DNA of 25,127 nucleotides from a virus (lineage: Duplodnaviria; Caudoviricetes), in the IMG/VR virus record IMGVR_UViG_3300017747_001290, positions 1 to 25,127 of that record; one strand, written 5' to 3'. Position numbers and translations under genes: made by a program. The notes beneath the pieces were generated by a model that was not told where the DNA came from, ran no database searches, and worked only from the letters and a program-made list of their open reading frames with translations. Below, one piece after another: positions 16,264-25,037 of the stretch (position 1 is the first letter of the stretch; every line of letters begins with the position of its first letter).

Positions 16264-18120
16264 TTACTGGGTAACTGCGGCGCGTATATCAACCGGCACA
16301 AGCTCGAACCGGCCCCGAATAACATTCCCGTTGCGGTCTTTAGCTTCAGTCGGACGCAAGCCCCTCGAAACGCCAGTGGTGGTATCAGTGATGACAACAA
16401 CACCCGATGTTGCGTCGATCTTAATATCGTAGTTGGACCCACGATACTGAGCTTTAGCCCGTTCTTCAGCAAACTTGACCGCAGTTTCGCGCGTCTGGTT
16501 AGCCTGCTGCTTAAGGCTTTCGCTAAGACCTTCAGTAAACGACTTGAAGATTTCTTCGCTACGCCTGATGTTACTATCGCGTATCGCAGACATTTGAGTC
16601 TGGTAGTTTTTATCGTACAGCATCCGGCCTTCATTAAGGAGAGCTGATTGCGTAACACCACGAGCCCGAGGTGATTCTTCACCTTCAGGACCCCAGATGT
16701 TGTAAGTACCATCTTGATTCGGTTGTAAACGAAGAACACCACCGGACGCCCGGTGGATATCATTAGCTAACCGTTCCGGCCTGCCAGCGGCAAACTCAGT
16801 CAAAGCGATGCGCCCGTTCAGGTTAGCGCGTTCTACCCGCAGGGCTTCTATCCGCGTTTCTAGTTGGATAGCCATCTGCAATGCTGCGGTTGGGTTAGAA
16901 CGAGCCAGGGCAGCAACAAGCTGCTTCTGCCGTTCAAGCGAAGCAGACGCGGCGTTCAGCGCATCATTCTCCCTACCAATGGCAACAGGGGTGAGAACTG
17001 ACATCGGCGTTGCTTCGATCTTTGTAAGATCAGTAATCCGCCTGAGAATATCATCTTGTATCTGAGTTTGGGTGCGGTCACCCGGCGGCGTCACACCAGC
17101 GGTCGTAGATGTTGGTGTGAAATCAAGGCGGCTCTGTGGAAGCTGACCTCCAGGGCGCTGCGGAAGTTCTGACGGTGTGATGTCAGGATATGCACCTGCC
17201 TGCGGAGTAAAGGGTACAGGCGGCGTAGGGGGCGATGGCCTGAAGAAAGGCATCGGCGCGTTAGGACCGGGAAGCGGTGCATTTGGCGTCCATTGAACAG
17301 GCTCAGGGCGCGGCGGAAGCGTGACCCCAAAACGACTGGCTAGGGCATCCGGGTCAAGACCATACTGAGTCGCAACCTGCTCAATCATAGCCGGTGTCTG
17401 AAGCGCCGGGCTAATAGACAATTCACGGACTGCTGCTTCCATGAGGCGCGGGTTAGCAGTAGGTGCCGCAGGCGCCGTAGGTGTAGTAGGTGCCGCAGAG
17501 GTTCCTGCAACCATCTCAGGAGTTATACCGGTAGGTAAACCAGTAGCATCATTGATACCGGCGCTTGCTACCTGAATACCAGCAAAACGGCGCTCACCTG
17601 TGAAGCGTGGATCATTGGCTGCGAAATACTGTTGCGGCGTAACATCCAAAGATGCTTGACCGCCACCGCCACCCGGAGCTGGTGGGGTGTACATACCAGG
17701 GTTAGTCGCTGGCGCAGAAGCTGGTGCACGGCTAGGGGGCGGCAGAGCTTCAGGAGCAGGTACAGTCAAACCAGACGTATAATTGCCGACAGCCGTGCGG
17801 TTTGCTGCTGTGGCATCAAGTTCGCTACGCATACGCCGAAGATCAAGCTGCATCTTCTCGATCTCTAGCGGGTTCAACTGCGCGCCGCGCTTTAGTGCCA
17901 GTTCGCTGGCGCTGTACTGAAGCGGAAACAACTGAGCAGCACGGGCTTCAGCAGCCTGCGTACGTTCATTCTGAAGCTGGCGCAGCTTCATCAACTGATC
18001 AGCTTCTTCAAGCTGCTGTGCGTTACGCTCAATCTCTTGAGCGCCTACAAAACCGCTACGGAAGGCTGAACCCGGCGACCCGCCGCCGAAAGAATACGGG
18101 GTGTAGAATGAACCGGACAT
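16264..18120 (-). CDS. Internal virion (ejection) protein with Pro-rich centre
   Basis: 618 aa with GGAGG Shine-Dalgarno; coiled-coil N-terminus and Pro-rich middle; lies between the pilot-like and giant genes. Function inferred from synteny. Confidence 0.72.
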   Translation of the reverse strand: MSGSFYTPYSFGGGSPGSAFRSGFVGAQEIERNAQQLEEADQLMKLRQLQNERTQAAEARAAQLFPLQYSASELALKRGAQLNPLEIEKMQLDLRRMRSELDATAANRTAVGNYTSGLTVPAPEALPPPSRAPASAPATNPGMYTPPAPGGGGGQASLDVTPQQYFAANDPRFTGERRFAGIQVASAGINDATGLPTGITPEMVAGTSAAPTTPTAPAAPTANPRLMEAAVRELSISPALQTPAMIEQVATQYGLDPDALASRFGVTLPPRPEPVQWTPNAPLPGPNAPMPFFRPSPPTPPVPFTPQAGAYPDITPSELPQRPGGQLPQSRLDFTPTSTTAGVTPPGDRTQTQIQDDILRRITDLTKIEATPMSVLTPVAIGRENDALNAASASLERQKQLVAALARSNPTAALQMAIQLETRIEALRVERANLNGRIALTEFAAGRPERLANDIHRASGGVLRLQPNQDGTYNIWGPEGEESPRARGVTQSALLNEGRMLYDKNYQTQMSAIRDSNIRRSEEIFKSFTEGLSESLKQQANQTRETAVKFAEERAKAQYRGSNYDIKIDATSGVVVITDTTTGVSRGLRPTEAKDRNGNVIRGRFELVPVDIRAAVTQ

Positions 18121-18138
18121 GCAGACCTCCGAAGCAGA

Positions 18139-19407
18139 TTAGCTAAACAGCTTGTTACGCTGACCGCCAAAGGCACCCACCAGGGTGCCCCCAGCCTGAG
18201 CCAGAGAAGCCTGATACTCACGGTTACGGCGTTCGATATCGCGCTGCACTTCGAGCCCGTACGATTCCATGCCGCGTGGCACGGAGGTTGGCATAGTGGA
18301 TAGACCAGCCTGCGTAGCCGAATAGGACCGAGCATACTCACCCGGAATAGCCGAAGCACCAGCGCGAGTAGCGTCGATCATAGTACGGCGCATATCTTCA
18401 GGAGAACGCAAACCGGCTTCACGCGCCCTACGTTGGTAGGCAAGACTGGTCTGAGCATACGCCTGCTCTGGATTAGGCGTACCCTGATTAAGCAACCGCC
18501 GAGCAGCATCCACGCGCTGTTCATACACGGAGCGATTGGTAGCAGCCAGCTCGGCAGTTTCCCTCAGATAATCGCGCTCTTGCGGCGTCAAGCCTTCCGG
18601 CGGCTTGTTGTACATGGTCAACGCAAGTTGACCGATGCCAGCGATAGCGGCAGGACTTGTCAAGGAATCTACGCCCCTACTAGCTGCTGCTCCCAACCCT
18701 TCAGCCGTGAAGAAGCCGGGGGCAGCCGGTTTACCTGCCACGGGTGCTGGGGAGTACCCACTCATAAACCGCTCACCCCAGGATTGAGGAGCAGCAGTTG
18801 CAGGTGGAGGTGCAGTTGCCACGGGTGATGCCGGAACACCGGCCTGCCCAGCAGCCGCAACTTCACCGTAATATGCTGGGCTAGGTGCTTGTGCCGAAAC
18901 GCCGCCGCCAATACCCGTTGTAGCTGCCTCGGGAGCTGCAACCCCGGTTGTTGCGCCGAGTGGCTCTGTGGCTACAGCCCCGGGGGAATAGTTGGCCTGC
19001 AACGCAGATGCCTGAGACCCAGTAAGTGTAGGGGCGACTTCCGCAGGACCAAAGAGCGCGTCGCTTGCATAACTTAACCCATTGGCGCCAAGGAAGCCGC
19101 CTACCGCGCCACCGGCACCACCAATAAGAGCATTGCGCCCCATATTACCAGTGAGTGACCCAGACAAAGCGCCAGCGGCTGTACCTAACCCCGCGCCTAC
19201 GGCAGCAGAAGTGGCGACAAAAGCCCCGGTAACTACAGAACTACCTAGGATAGCTCCAGCAATAGCCGGAGCAGCGAAGGGGATAGCGATAGCGGCTGCA
19301 AGACCAATAACAGCGGCCATACCAGAGTTGCCGCCCAAAGCACGGTTCAGAGTACCGCCCTCGTTGAGCCCAAATGCCCGAGAAAAACCCTTTGCAACCT
19401 TACCCAT
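18139..19407 (-). CDS. DNA transfer/pilot-type internal virion protein
   Basis: 422 aa with AGGAG Shine-Dalgarno; long Gly/Ala hydrophobic glycine-zipper N-terminus (AAVIGLAAAIAIPFAAPAIAGAILG...); helical C-terminus. Typical of the first ejection protein. Confidence 0.7.
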   Translation of the reverse strand: MGKVAKGFSRAFGLNEGGTLNRALGGNSGMAAVIGLAAAIAIPFAAPAIAGAILGSSVVTGAFVATSAAVGAGLGTAAGALSGSLTGNMGRNALIGGAGGAVGGFLGANGLSYASDALFGPAEVAPTLTGSQASALQANYSPGAVATEPLGATTGVAAPEAATTGIGGGVSAQAPSPAYYGEVAAAGQAGVPASPVATAPPPATAAPQSWGERFMSGYSPAPVAGKPAAPGFFTAEGLGAAASRGVDSLTSPAAIAGIGQLALTMYNKPPEGLTPQERDYLRETAELAATNRSVYEQRVDAARRLLNQGTPNPEQAYAQTSLAYQRRAREAGLRSPEDMRRTMIDATRAGASAIPGEYARSYSATQAGLSTMPTSVPRGMESYGLEVQRDIERRNREYQASLAQAGGTLVGAFGGQRNKLFS

Positions 19408-19416
19408 GTCTATCTC

Positions 19417-19860
19417 CTACAGCGCCATACGGACATATGAACAACCCTGGTCGAAACCGAACTTCTCTTGATATATCCTAGCAAGCCTGGGTCTAGCATA
19501 AGCATCCACAGCGCGGGCACCTGCGGCCCGAAACCAGTCTAGGATATCCTGCCAGAACTCAGACCGAAACCGTAGTAAGCCTCTGCCAGCCATGGCTGAA
19601 ATACTAGCAGTTTTGACCCCGCTTACAACAGCAAATTCAAAGACTAAGATGAGGTCGAGCTTAGCCCCATCAAACACCCCAAGGATATGAGCCAAGCGAT
19701 TCATGGCCATAATCCGTAAGCAGTCAGAAGTGACAGGGTTCGGAGCACCACTTTCTACCTCACTAGCTGCGTTGAGTAGCGGTTCGATTTCAGACCACAA
19801 CTCATCAACGCGCTCGGGGGTCAGATGTTCAATCGTCCGACTCACCGTTACTTTCCCCAT
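19417..19860 (-). CDS. GNAT-fold virion assembly protein (analogous to T7 gp13 / P22 gp14)
   Basis: 147 aa with a GNAT-like pattern (ISAMAGRG...WFRAAGARAV...ARIYQEKFGF), in the canonical position just before the ejection proteins. Confidence 0.65.
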   Translation of the reverse strand: MGKVTVSRTIEHLTPERVDELWSEIEPLLNAASEVESGAPNPVTSDCLRIMAMNRLAHILGVFDGAKLDLILVFEFAVVSGVKTASISAMAGRGLLRFRSEFWQDILDWFRAAGARAVDAYARPRLARIYQEKFGFDQGCSYVRMAL

Positions 19861-20605
19861 ACTTCTTGAGCATACCGTCGAAGAACTCAGTCCCTTTAGC
19901 CCGAACGATATGGGCCGGGATCACGTACTCACCTTCATGTAGGCGGGCAACCACAGCTTCATCGTCATCATCGCTGCTGCCTTTGGGAAGCATACCGCCC
20001 TTCTTGAATGATGGGAGCGTAGATGCGGGCTGCATACCACCGGCCTGTAGAGCAGCCCCGATAAGCAGGATGATAAAGATCAACCCACTGTCAAACTGTT
20101 CAGGAACACCTTGTTCATCCGCAAGACCCCGCTGAATGGCGAGTTTACGAAGTTGTGGGTATAGGGCCGGATTCTGTGCAGCAGCCTGAGCCAACTGCAC
20201 GATCATGTTGATCTCCTCAATGGAGACTTCACCGGATTGAATAAGCTGCTGGATGCCAGCCTGCATCTGCTGAATTTGCTGCGGGTTCTGCTGCACAAAA
20301 CGCTGGACTTCCATAGGAATCTGACCAGGTGGAAGATTCTGCTGCATCGCACCAGCGGGAGCCAAACCGGCTCCACCCATACCGGGCATACCACCCATAG
20401 CGCCACCCATCCCGGGCATAGCCGGGCGCTGCGGCGCACCACCGGGACCAACCATACCACCCAACTGATAGGAAGGCATCTTAGGATTCATCCCGGCTGA
20501 CTGGATACCCATCGGGCTCGTCATCGGCGTGAGGGCCGTGTTGACATTCAGTAGGCTTGCCAGAGCTGGAGGCAAGTCAGAAGCGGTGTTATAGACGGGC
20601 ATCAC
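19829..20605 (-). CDS. Gln/Met/Gly/Pro-rich virion-associated protein with C-terminal FxxGG...ARLHEGEYVIPA module
   Basis: 258 aa, ATGA-coupled to the upstream gene. The C-terminal motif resembles one found at the end of many tape-measure and virion proteins. Confidence 0.7.
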   Translation of the reverse strand: MMPVYNTASDLPPALASLLNVNTALTPMTSPMGIQSAGMNPKMPSYQLGGMVGPGGAPQRPAMPGMGGAMGGMPGMGGAGLAPAGAMQQNLPPGQIPMEVQRFVQQNPQQIQQMQAGIQQLIQSGEVSIEEINMIVQLAQAAAQNPALYPQLRKLAIQRGLADEQGVPEQFDSGLIFIILLIGAALQAGGMQPASTLPSFKKGGMLPKGSSDDDDEAVVARLHEGEYVIPAHIVRAKGTEFFDGMLKKYGESNGESDD

Positions 20606-20952
20606 GACCCCCTCAGTTGGTTGATAAGCGTTGTTACTGTAGCCCGTAAGGAAGCTACATCTTGGGCAAGAGAATTTACATCCCGAATCAGGGCAGTATA
20701 GTCATCATAAGACGGTACCTGAACCCCGGAAATTGTGAACCCAGCGCCTCGGGCATTAAGCGCCTGGAACTGCGGAGCCCCTGGCGGCTTTGTGGTTATG
20801 CTCGAACGAGTCAGAGCAAGGCTGGCCTCATCGGTTTCATTACGGGTGCCGGTTAGCAACTCGACATTCTGCTTCAAGGAATCCAGAACGCGGTACTGCC
20901 ATTCGTCGATATTACCCTGCGGGATATCTGGCACACTGGTAAAACGCGACAT
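20602..20952 (-). CDS. Small tail-associated protein (116 aa, C-terminal coiled coil)
   Basis: TGATG-coupled to the nozzle gene; LKQNVELLTGTR motif and heptads LIRDVNSLAQDVASLRATVTTLINQL. Confidence 0.7.
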   Translation of the reverse strand: MSRFTSVPDIPQGNIDEWQYRVLDSLKQNVELLTGTRNETDEASLALTRSSITTKPPGAPQFQALNARGAGFTISGVQVPSYDDYTALIRDVNSLAQDVASLRATVTTLINQLRGS

Positions 20953-23375
20953 CAGGCTGTCCTCAAACTTATGGGTGTATCACCCAAGTAAATGGCCCTG
21001 ATACGGACAAGGCTGTCAATACCGACCTCGAAAGTGTCAGACTTATACCCTGCTGGCAACCGAAATATGTTGCTATTTGCCTGTGTAGTTGTGAAGATAA
21101 GGTCTTTGTTCACGTAGAATCGGAACGTGATTGGGTCAGCCGCATCCCACAATTCATCAGTGGCTTCCCAGTTCGTGTCGATATCTTCCCAGTAAGAAGA
21201 CCCTGGCACCCCAGTATAATCAGCCACGACCCGGGCAGCGCCAACATTGGTGAAGTCTTTGGTGATGAACGTCTTCGACTTCCAAGTCATCGTGTTATAC
21301 GGCTGCGTTAGGTCATCCCATTGGTAAATGTCACCAGTGGTACCAGCAGCCATATACAGATTGTTGGTGATTGGGTCATACCATGACGCAGAGAACGCAA
21401 AGTCGTTATCAACAAACGTAGGGCCGGTATTACCAACACCCGGCTCAAACACAATGGAGGCCGATGTATGTGACGCGATGTAGGTATCCTTGTAGGACAC
21501 ACCTACCAAACTGTTCGGGTCAAGTGCCGCATTCCATGTGTCGCTGCTATGCACCAAGCGAGTAAGCAACTGCGCTGAAGTCCCGGGTGAGTAAAGCACA
21601 AGACCGTCATGCGTGGCATACACCACGCCGAAACTTGTTTCCGCAATACTGCGGCTATTAACACAAGGATATCGCGCAGATAACCGCGACTGAGACATCA
21701 CCAACGGGTTAGACCCAGACATGACGTATGGGTAGTCCTCCGTCATCACCAACAGAGTACCACCGATCTGAGCAAGCCCAACGATATTGCTGTCGAAGGT
21801 ACGGCTGTACGCATCGGGCCACGCATGAAACAACCCGGGCTCGGAGAAATAGAGTGTGTTACCTACGAACCCAGCCAGGATGCTGTTCTGAATGATGGTC
21901 AGACCCTGCAAGTCAGAAGGCGGCGGATCATAGTTCGTGGATGTTAGCGTCTCCACAAGGGACCGGTAGTTGAAGTCATCCGTGAAGGTATAGACACCAC
22001 CGTCGCCCCAGTACTGCGCTGTGGTAGTGGGCGGGTCCTCAGAGATATCGTAGTACAACGTGCCGGTAGCCACGGTATATGCCACGGTAGCAGCCGTCTG
22101 CGCGTATTTGATGGTGTACTGATCAACAACCTCAGTGACAATACCACCGGTAATGTCAAACGATGAGATGCTGCACGATGCAATCTTGAACCTATCATCA
22201 GCAAATAGATTGTGCGGATACTGAAAAGATACTGTAGATACATTGGAAGTACGCTCTACAGAGACAATAGCATTTGGGAACCAGAGAGTCTTGAGCCGGA
22301 AATAATCCGAATCCGTTGTACCAGACAATGTACGATACAGCCGAATCCCGCGAACGAAGTTATCCCCAGCAGGCGGAGCTGATGGGAGGGCGCTTACCGT
22401 TACGATCTGACCTTCCTTAATGAACAACGCATCAGATGGTTCAGAGCCGATGGATTCTTCTTCCCAGGGAGTGTACCAAGTATAGAGATAATTACGCGAC
22501 TGAATCTGACCACCAAGGTCAACCGTACCAACCGTACTGGATGTAGTGGTAACGATTGGACCAGACGAGAAATAAGTCAGAGTAGTTGAGTTAATAACCG
22601 TTGCTTCGGCTGTCGTGTTAAGATCACCGACATCCCAGCTAACATCACCAGAAGTCGAACCGGAAGCACTATCCGTACAGGTAAACGTATTCACACCCGT
22701 CACAGTGATTGTGTAGGTGTTAGATGTTGCGCTTCCTGATGTGAACTTCAGCAGGACATCTGAACCACTAGATAAACCGTGACCTGTTATGGTCACAGTA
22801 ATAGTCGTGCCAGCTCGGCTGTAAGTACCAGTGCGGAAAGAAAACCCGGATACGGTAATGATAGCACCAGACTTTATATTGTGCGCTGAGCTTGTAACAA
22901 GCGTTACGTTATTCCCTGCCGACCTAGCAAACGATGTCGTGGTCACCGGAGTAAATGTCGTCGCCACCGTGGTTGGCTTAACAGTAGGGAGCGGCAATCC
23001 AAGTTCGTAGTAGTTTGTTGGGTAGGGTGCAGTACCCTGCGTAGCCAGCTCGAATGTACTTACCTTCGGGACGCCATCACCAGTGTAATAGAACCGTTGA
23101 TCACCGAAGGTATCTGTAGCGGGGGTAACAATATCTACGTTGTCATTCCAAGCAAGCCAGACAAGGGCATCAGTGTCCGGGTCACGAAGGGCGTATAGCG
23201 TACGGACAGTACCCGTACGCTGAGTATCAGCCACAATAGTAGGCTGTGGGTAGGGAATAAGATCACCAGAGTATAGTTTACAGTTGCGCGCAATTTGAGC
23301 AGCCGTATCCGGCAGCAACTCCGAAGCGTTTTTCGGGGCTGTACCTAGAAACTTGGTGATCTTAATCGCTGACAC
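20952..23375 (-). CDS. Tail nozzle / tail tubular protein B-like (P22 gp10 / T7 gp12 type) with inserted beta-domains
   Basis: IKITKFLG..P..ASELLP..AAQIARNC N-terminus; YLYTWYTPWEEESIGS, LYFSEP...HAWP and MTWKSK motifs; Thr/Ser beta-rich. Start moved to GTG 23375 because the 23405 start overlaps a separate small gene. Confidence 0.8.
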   Translation of the reverse strand: MSAIKITKFLGTAPKNASELLPDTAAQIARNCKLYSGDLIPYPQPTIVADTQRTGTVRTLYALRDPDTDALVWLAWNDNVDIVTPATDTFGDQRFYYTGDGVPKVSTFELATQGTAPYPTNYYELGLPLPTVKPTTVATTFTPVTTTSFARSAGNNVTLVTSSAHNIKSGAIITVSGFSFRTGTYSRAGTTITVTITGHGLSSGSDVLLKFTSGSATSNTYTITVTGVNTFTCTDSASGSTSGDVSWDVGDLNTTAEATVINSTTLTYFSSGPIVTTTSSTVGTVDLGGQIQSRNYLYTWYTPWEEESIGSEPSDALFIKEGQIVTVSALPSAPPAGDNFVRGIRLYRTLSGTTDSDYFRLKTLWFPNAIVSVERTSNVSTVSFQYPHNLFADDRFKIASCSISSFDITGGIVTEVVDQYTIKYAQTAATVAYTVATGTLYYDISEDPPTTTAQYWGDGGVYTFTDDFNYRSLVETLTSTNYDPPPSDLQGLTIIQNSILAGFVGNTLYFSEPGLFHAWPDAYSRTFDSNIVGLAQIGGTLLVMTEDYPYVMSGSNPLVMSQSRLSARYPCVNSRSIAETSFGVVYATHDGLVLYSPGTSAQLLTRLVHSSDTWNAALDPNSLVGVSYKDTYIASHTSASIVFEPGVGNTGPTFVDNDFAFSASWYDPITNNLYMAAGTTGDIYQWDDLTQPYNTMTWKSKTFITKDFTNVGAARVVADYTGVPGSSYWEDIDTNWEATDELWDAADPITFRFYVNKDLIFTTTQANSNIFRLPAGYKSDTFEVGIDSLVRIRAIYLGDTPISLRTA

Positions 23376-23380
23376 TGGGA

Positions 23381-23536
23381 TTACTTCTTTGCTTTCGCCA
23401 AGCACTTACCAGCAGCACGGCATTTGCCCGGAGTCGGACAGCCGGGGCAAGGCTTAAAGCCACCCACCATACCACCCTTCTTGTAGCTGGCCATACCCAT
23501 TTTAGCCTTACCGGCCATAGGCTTACCCTTCATCAT
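23381..23536 (-). CDS. Unannotated 51-aa Lys-rich, Cys4 small protein
   Basis: Translated by hand as MMKGKPMAGKAKMGMASYKKGGMVGGFKPCPGCPTPGKCRAAGKCLAKAKK*. It has an AGGAG Shine-Dalgarno, an ATGA overlap with the endolysin stop, and fills the gap. Confidence 0.85.
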   Translation of the reverse strand: MMKGKPMAGKAKMGMASYKKGGMVGGFKPCPGCPTPGKCRAAGKCLAKAKK

Positions 23537-24054
23537 GACTTATCTCCTACAAGTTTAAGGGCTTCAGATTCGACTTCTTCGACACGGCGAAGCCATCCCT
23601 TGCCGAATGTAGCATAGATCGGGAGAGCTTTGTAGAAAGCCCTGCGCTCATCCGAAAACTTTTTCACCAGTTCAGTCGGGTCTTCTGCGTTTACCATGGC
23701 AAGCGTCTTTGGCCCAATAGCACCATCCGGTGTAGCCCCCACAGCTATCTGAAGCAGCTTCGCCGCCCGGCCTGGACCCCCGTTTACCGCCATATCGAAC
23801 ACTACCAGATCGACCCCGGCAGGGAGATCATCACACCTAGCCTTATCCCAATAGCGCGTCTTATACAGATTCAGCAGGTGTTCCTGGGGGATATTCCGCA
23901 GTTCTTCCTTACTCACATCCCGGCCAAGATATTCCCTATAAACAGCCAGGGTTACTCCGCGCATAGTCGCGCCGCCGGGATCATCCCTGTGGTCGCTCCA
24001 CAGCCCCTCGTGGCGGAGCACCATCTGTAGGGCTTGGGGAAAATTATCTTTCAT
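23533..24054 (-). CDS. Endolysin, glycoside hydrolase family 108 with C-terminal peptidoglycan-binding region
   Basis: HEGLWSDHRDDPGGATMRGVT, YW...CDDLP.GVD..VFD.AVN.G, DGAIGPKTL, FGKGWLRRV. Confidence 0.93.
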   Translation of the reverse strand: MKDNFPQALQMVLRHEGLWSDHRDDPGGATMRGVTLAVYREYLGRDVSKEELRNIPQEHLLNLYKTRYWDKARCDDLPAGVDLVVFDMAVNGGPGRAAKLLQIAVGATPDGAIGPKTLAMVNAEDPTELVKKFSDERRAFYKALPIYATFGKGWLRRVEEVESEALKLVGDKS

Positions 24055-24569
24055 TTCCGCACCATCTTGTTAATTGCGTCAGTCTTCTCTTTACTACCAG
24101 CGGAGGAGCCAAAATAGTAAGCCATAATACCGCCCCAGGCGGTACCAAGGGTACCAAGCATAACCAACATAGCCTCAGACCCACCCGTGGTGGGGAGACC
24201 ATTGGTTAACATGTAGAACAAAACACCAAAATAACCAGCCGTAACCAACCAAGCCAGGATGCGAGGGGTCCAATCTTTTGTGTCAACCTCACGCTTACGC
24301 GCGCTGTCCCGGTCGGCACTAGCAATGCGCTCAAGGTCAATATCCAATTCACGCATTTTGACCGCGAAGTCTTGCTCGGCCTGCTTTAGCGCGAGCAGTT
24401 GTTCTGGGGTGGCCTTGGCCGCAGCTTCAGCAAGCTCCTGTTCAGTACCATCTGGCTTACCAAGCAGAGCATCCGAAATGGCACGAGTAGCCATACCCGC
24501 CAAAGGACCACCAACAGCACTCGCAATGGATGGTGCAACAGTACGGACAAGGTTCAGAAGCTGGTCCAT
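24051..24569 (-). CDS. Holin-like membrane protein (GTA 3TM-holin type)
   Basis: APSIASAVGGPLAG N-terminus, DRDSARKRE, two C-terminal transmembrane segments and YYFGSS; ATGA-coupled to the endolysin gene. Confidence 0.8.
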   Translation of the reverse strand: MDQLLNLVRTVAPSIASAVGGPLAGMATRAISDALLGKPDGTEQELAEAAAKATPEQLLALKQAEQDFAVKMRELDIDLERIASADRDSARKREVDTKDWTPRILAWLVTAGYFGVLFYMLTNGLPTTGGSEAMLVMLGTLGTAWGGIMAYYFGSSAGSKEKTDAINKMVRK

Positions 24570-24570
24570 C

Positions 24571-25035
24571 CTATCTCTCCAACATAAAGGTCAGGTTCTG
24601 GTGCCGGGGATAAGTAACAGTCCGTTCACCTTCAGGGCATTTGTATTTGATCGTGGCCAGCAGCGTTGCCCGGCCAGGGGCTATGGTTTCCTTGTCTGAG
24701 ATATCCAGCAAGTAGGTAAAAGTGTCGATCTCAGGGCCAGCAGGGCCGGTAAACCGGGTCATACTTGGGGTAGCAGGGTGGATAACACCAGTGCCGTCGC
24801 GCACCGTCACCTCGAAACCCTCAACGGAGCAGTCATCACGCTTCTTGACCCTGGCTACCGTCACGGTCACTGGCTGCCCGATCTTGGCATCGACAATTCT
24901 GAAATGCTCAGGAGACCAAGCAATGATCTCATTCTTGAACCACCCAAACTTCTCACCAGCCGTATAACCGCCGACAGCCAGCGCGAAGCTGGCCGTGAGG
25001 AATTGAACGACAGGGGTAAGTTTAGGTAGCTCCAT
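24571..25035 (-). CDS. Hypothetical membrane-anchored protein (N-terminal hydrophobic helix, beta-sandwich-like domain, 2 Cys)
   Basis: 154 aa; VVQFLTASFALAVGGY hydrophobic segment followed by alternating beta-strand patterns; lies inside the lysis cluster. Confidence 0.7.
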   Translation of the reverse strand: MELPKLTPVVQFLTASFALAVGGYTAGEKFGWFKNEIIAWSPEHFRIVDAKIGQPVTVTVARVKKRDDCSVEGFEVTVRDGTGVIHPATPSMTRFTGPAGPEIDTFTYLLDISDKETIAPGRATLLATIKYKCPEGERTVTYPRHQNLTFMLER

Positions 25036-25037
25036 GA

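Noticed and set aside
16218-16763. 181-aa same-strand alternative-frame ORF overlapping the end of the 618-aa gene
   Set aside because: No convincing SD/ATG, slippery site or family motif was seen; the L/R/S-rich composition is typical of off-frame translation, unlike the nested gene at 13323-13502.
18121-18138. C(UUCG)G loop overlapping the SD of the 618-aa gene
   Set aside because: The stem is only about 4 bp with a bulge and a G-U pair, too weak to support a regulatory claim.
16252-19419. Four consecutive late genes are in the same frame with stop-free 9-, 18- and 12-nt spacers, suggesting readthrough, a polyprotein or codon reassignment
   Set aside because: Each downstream gene has its own SD and ATG, two of the stops are TAA, and all three stop codons are used normally elsewhere. 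The frame coincidence has about a 1/27 chance.
23376-23405. ORF-track start of the tail nozzle at 23405
   Set aside because: It overlaps the 51-aa gene; the nozzle-like N-terminus begins at GTG 23375.
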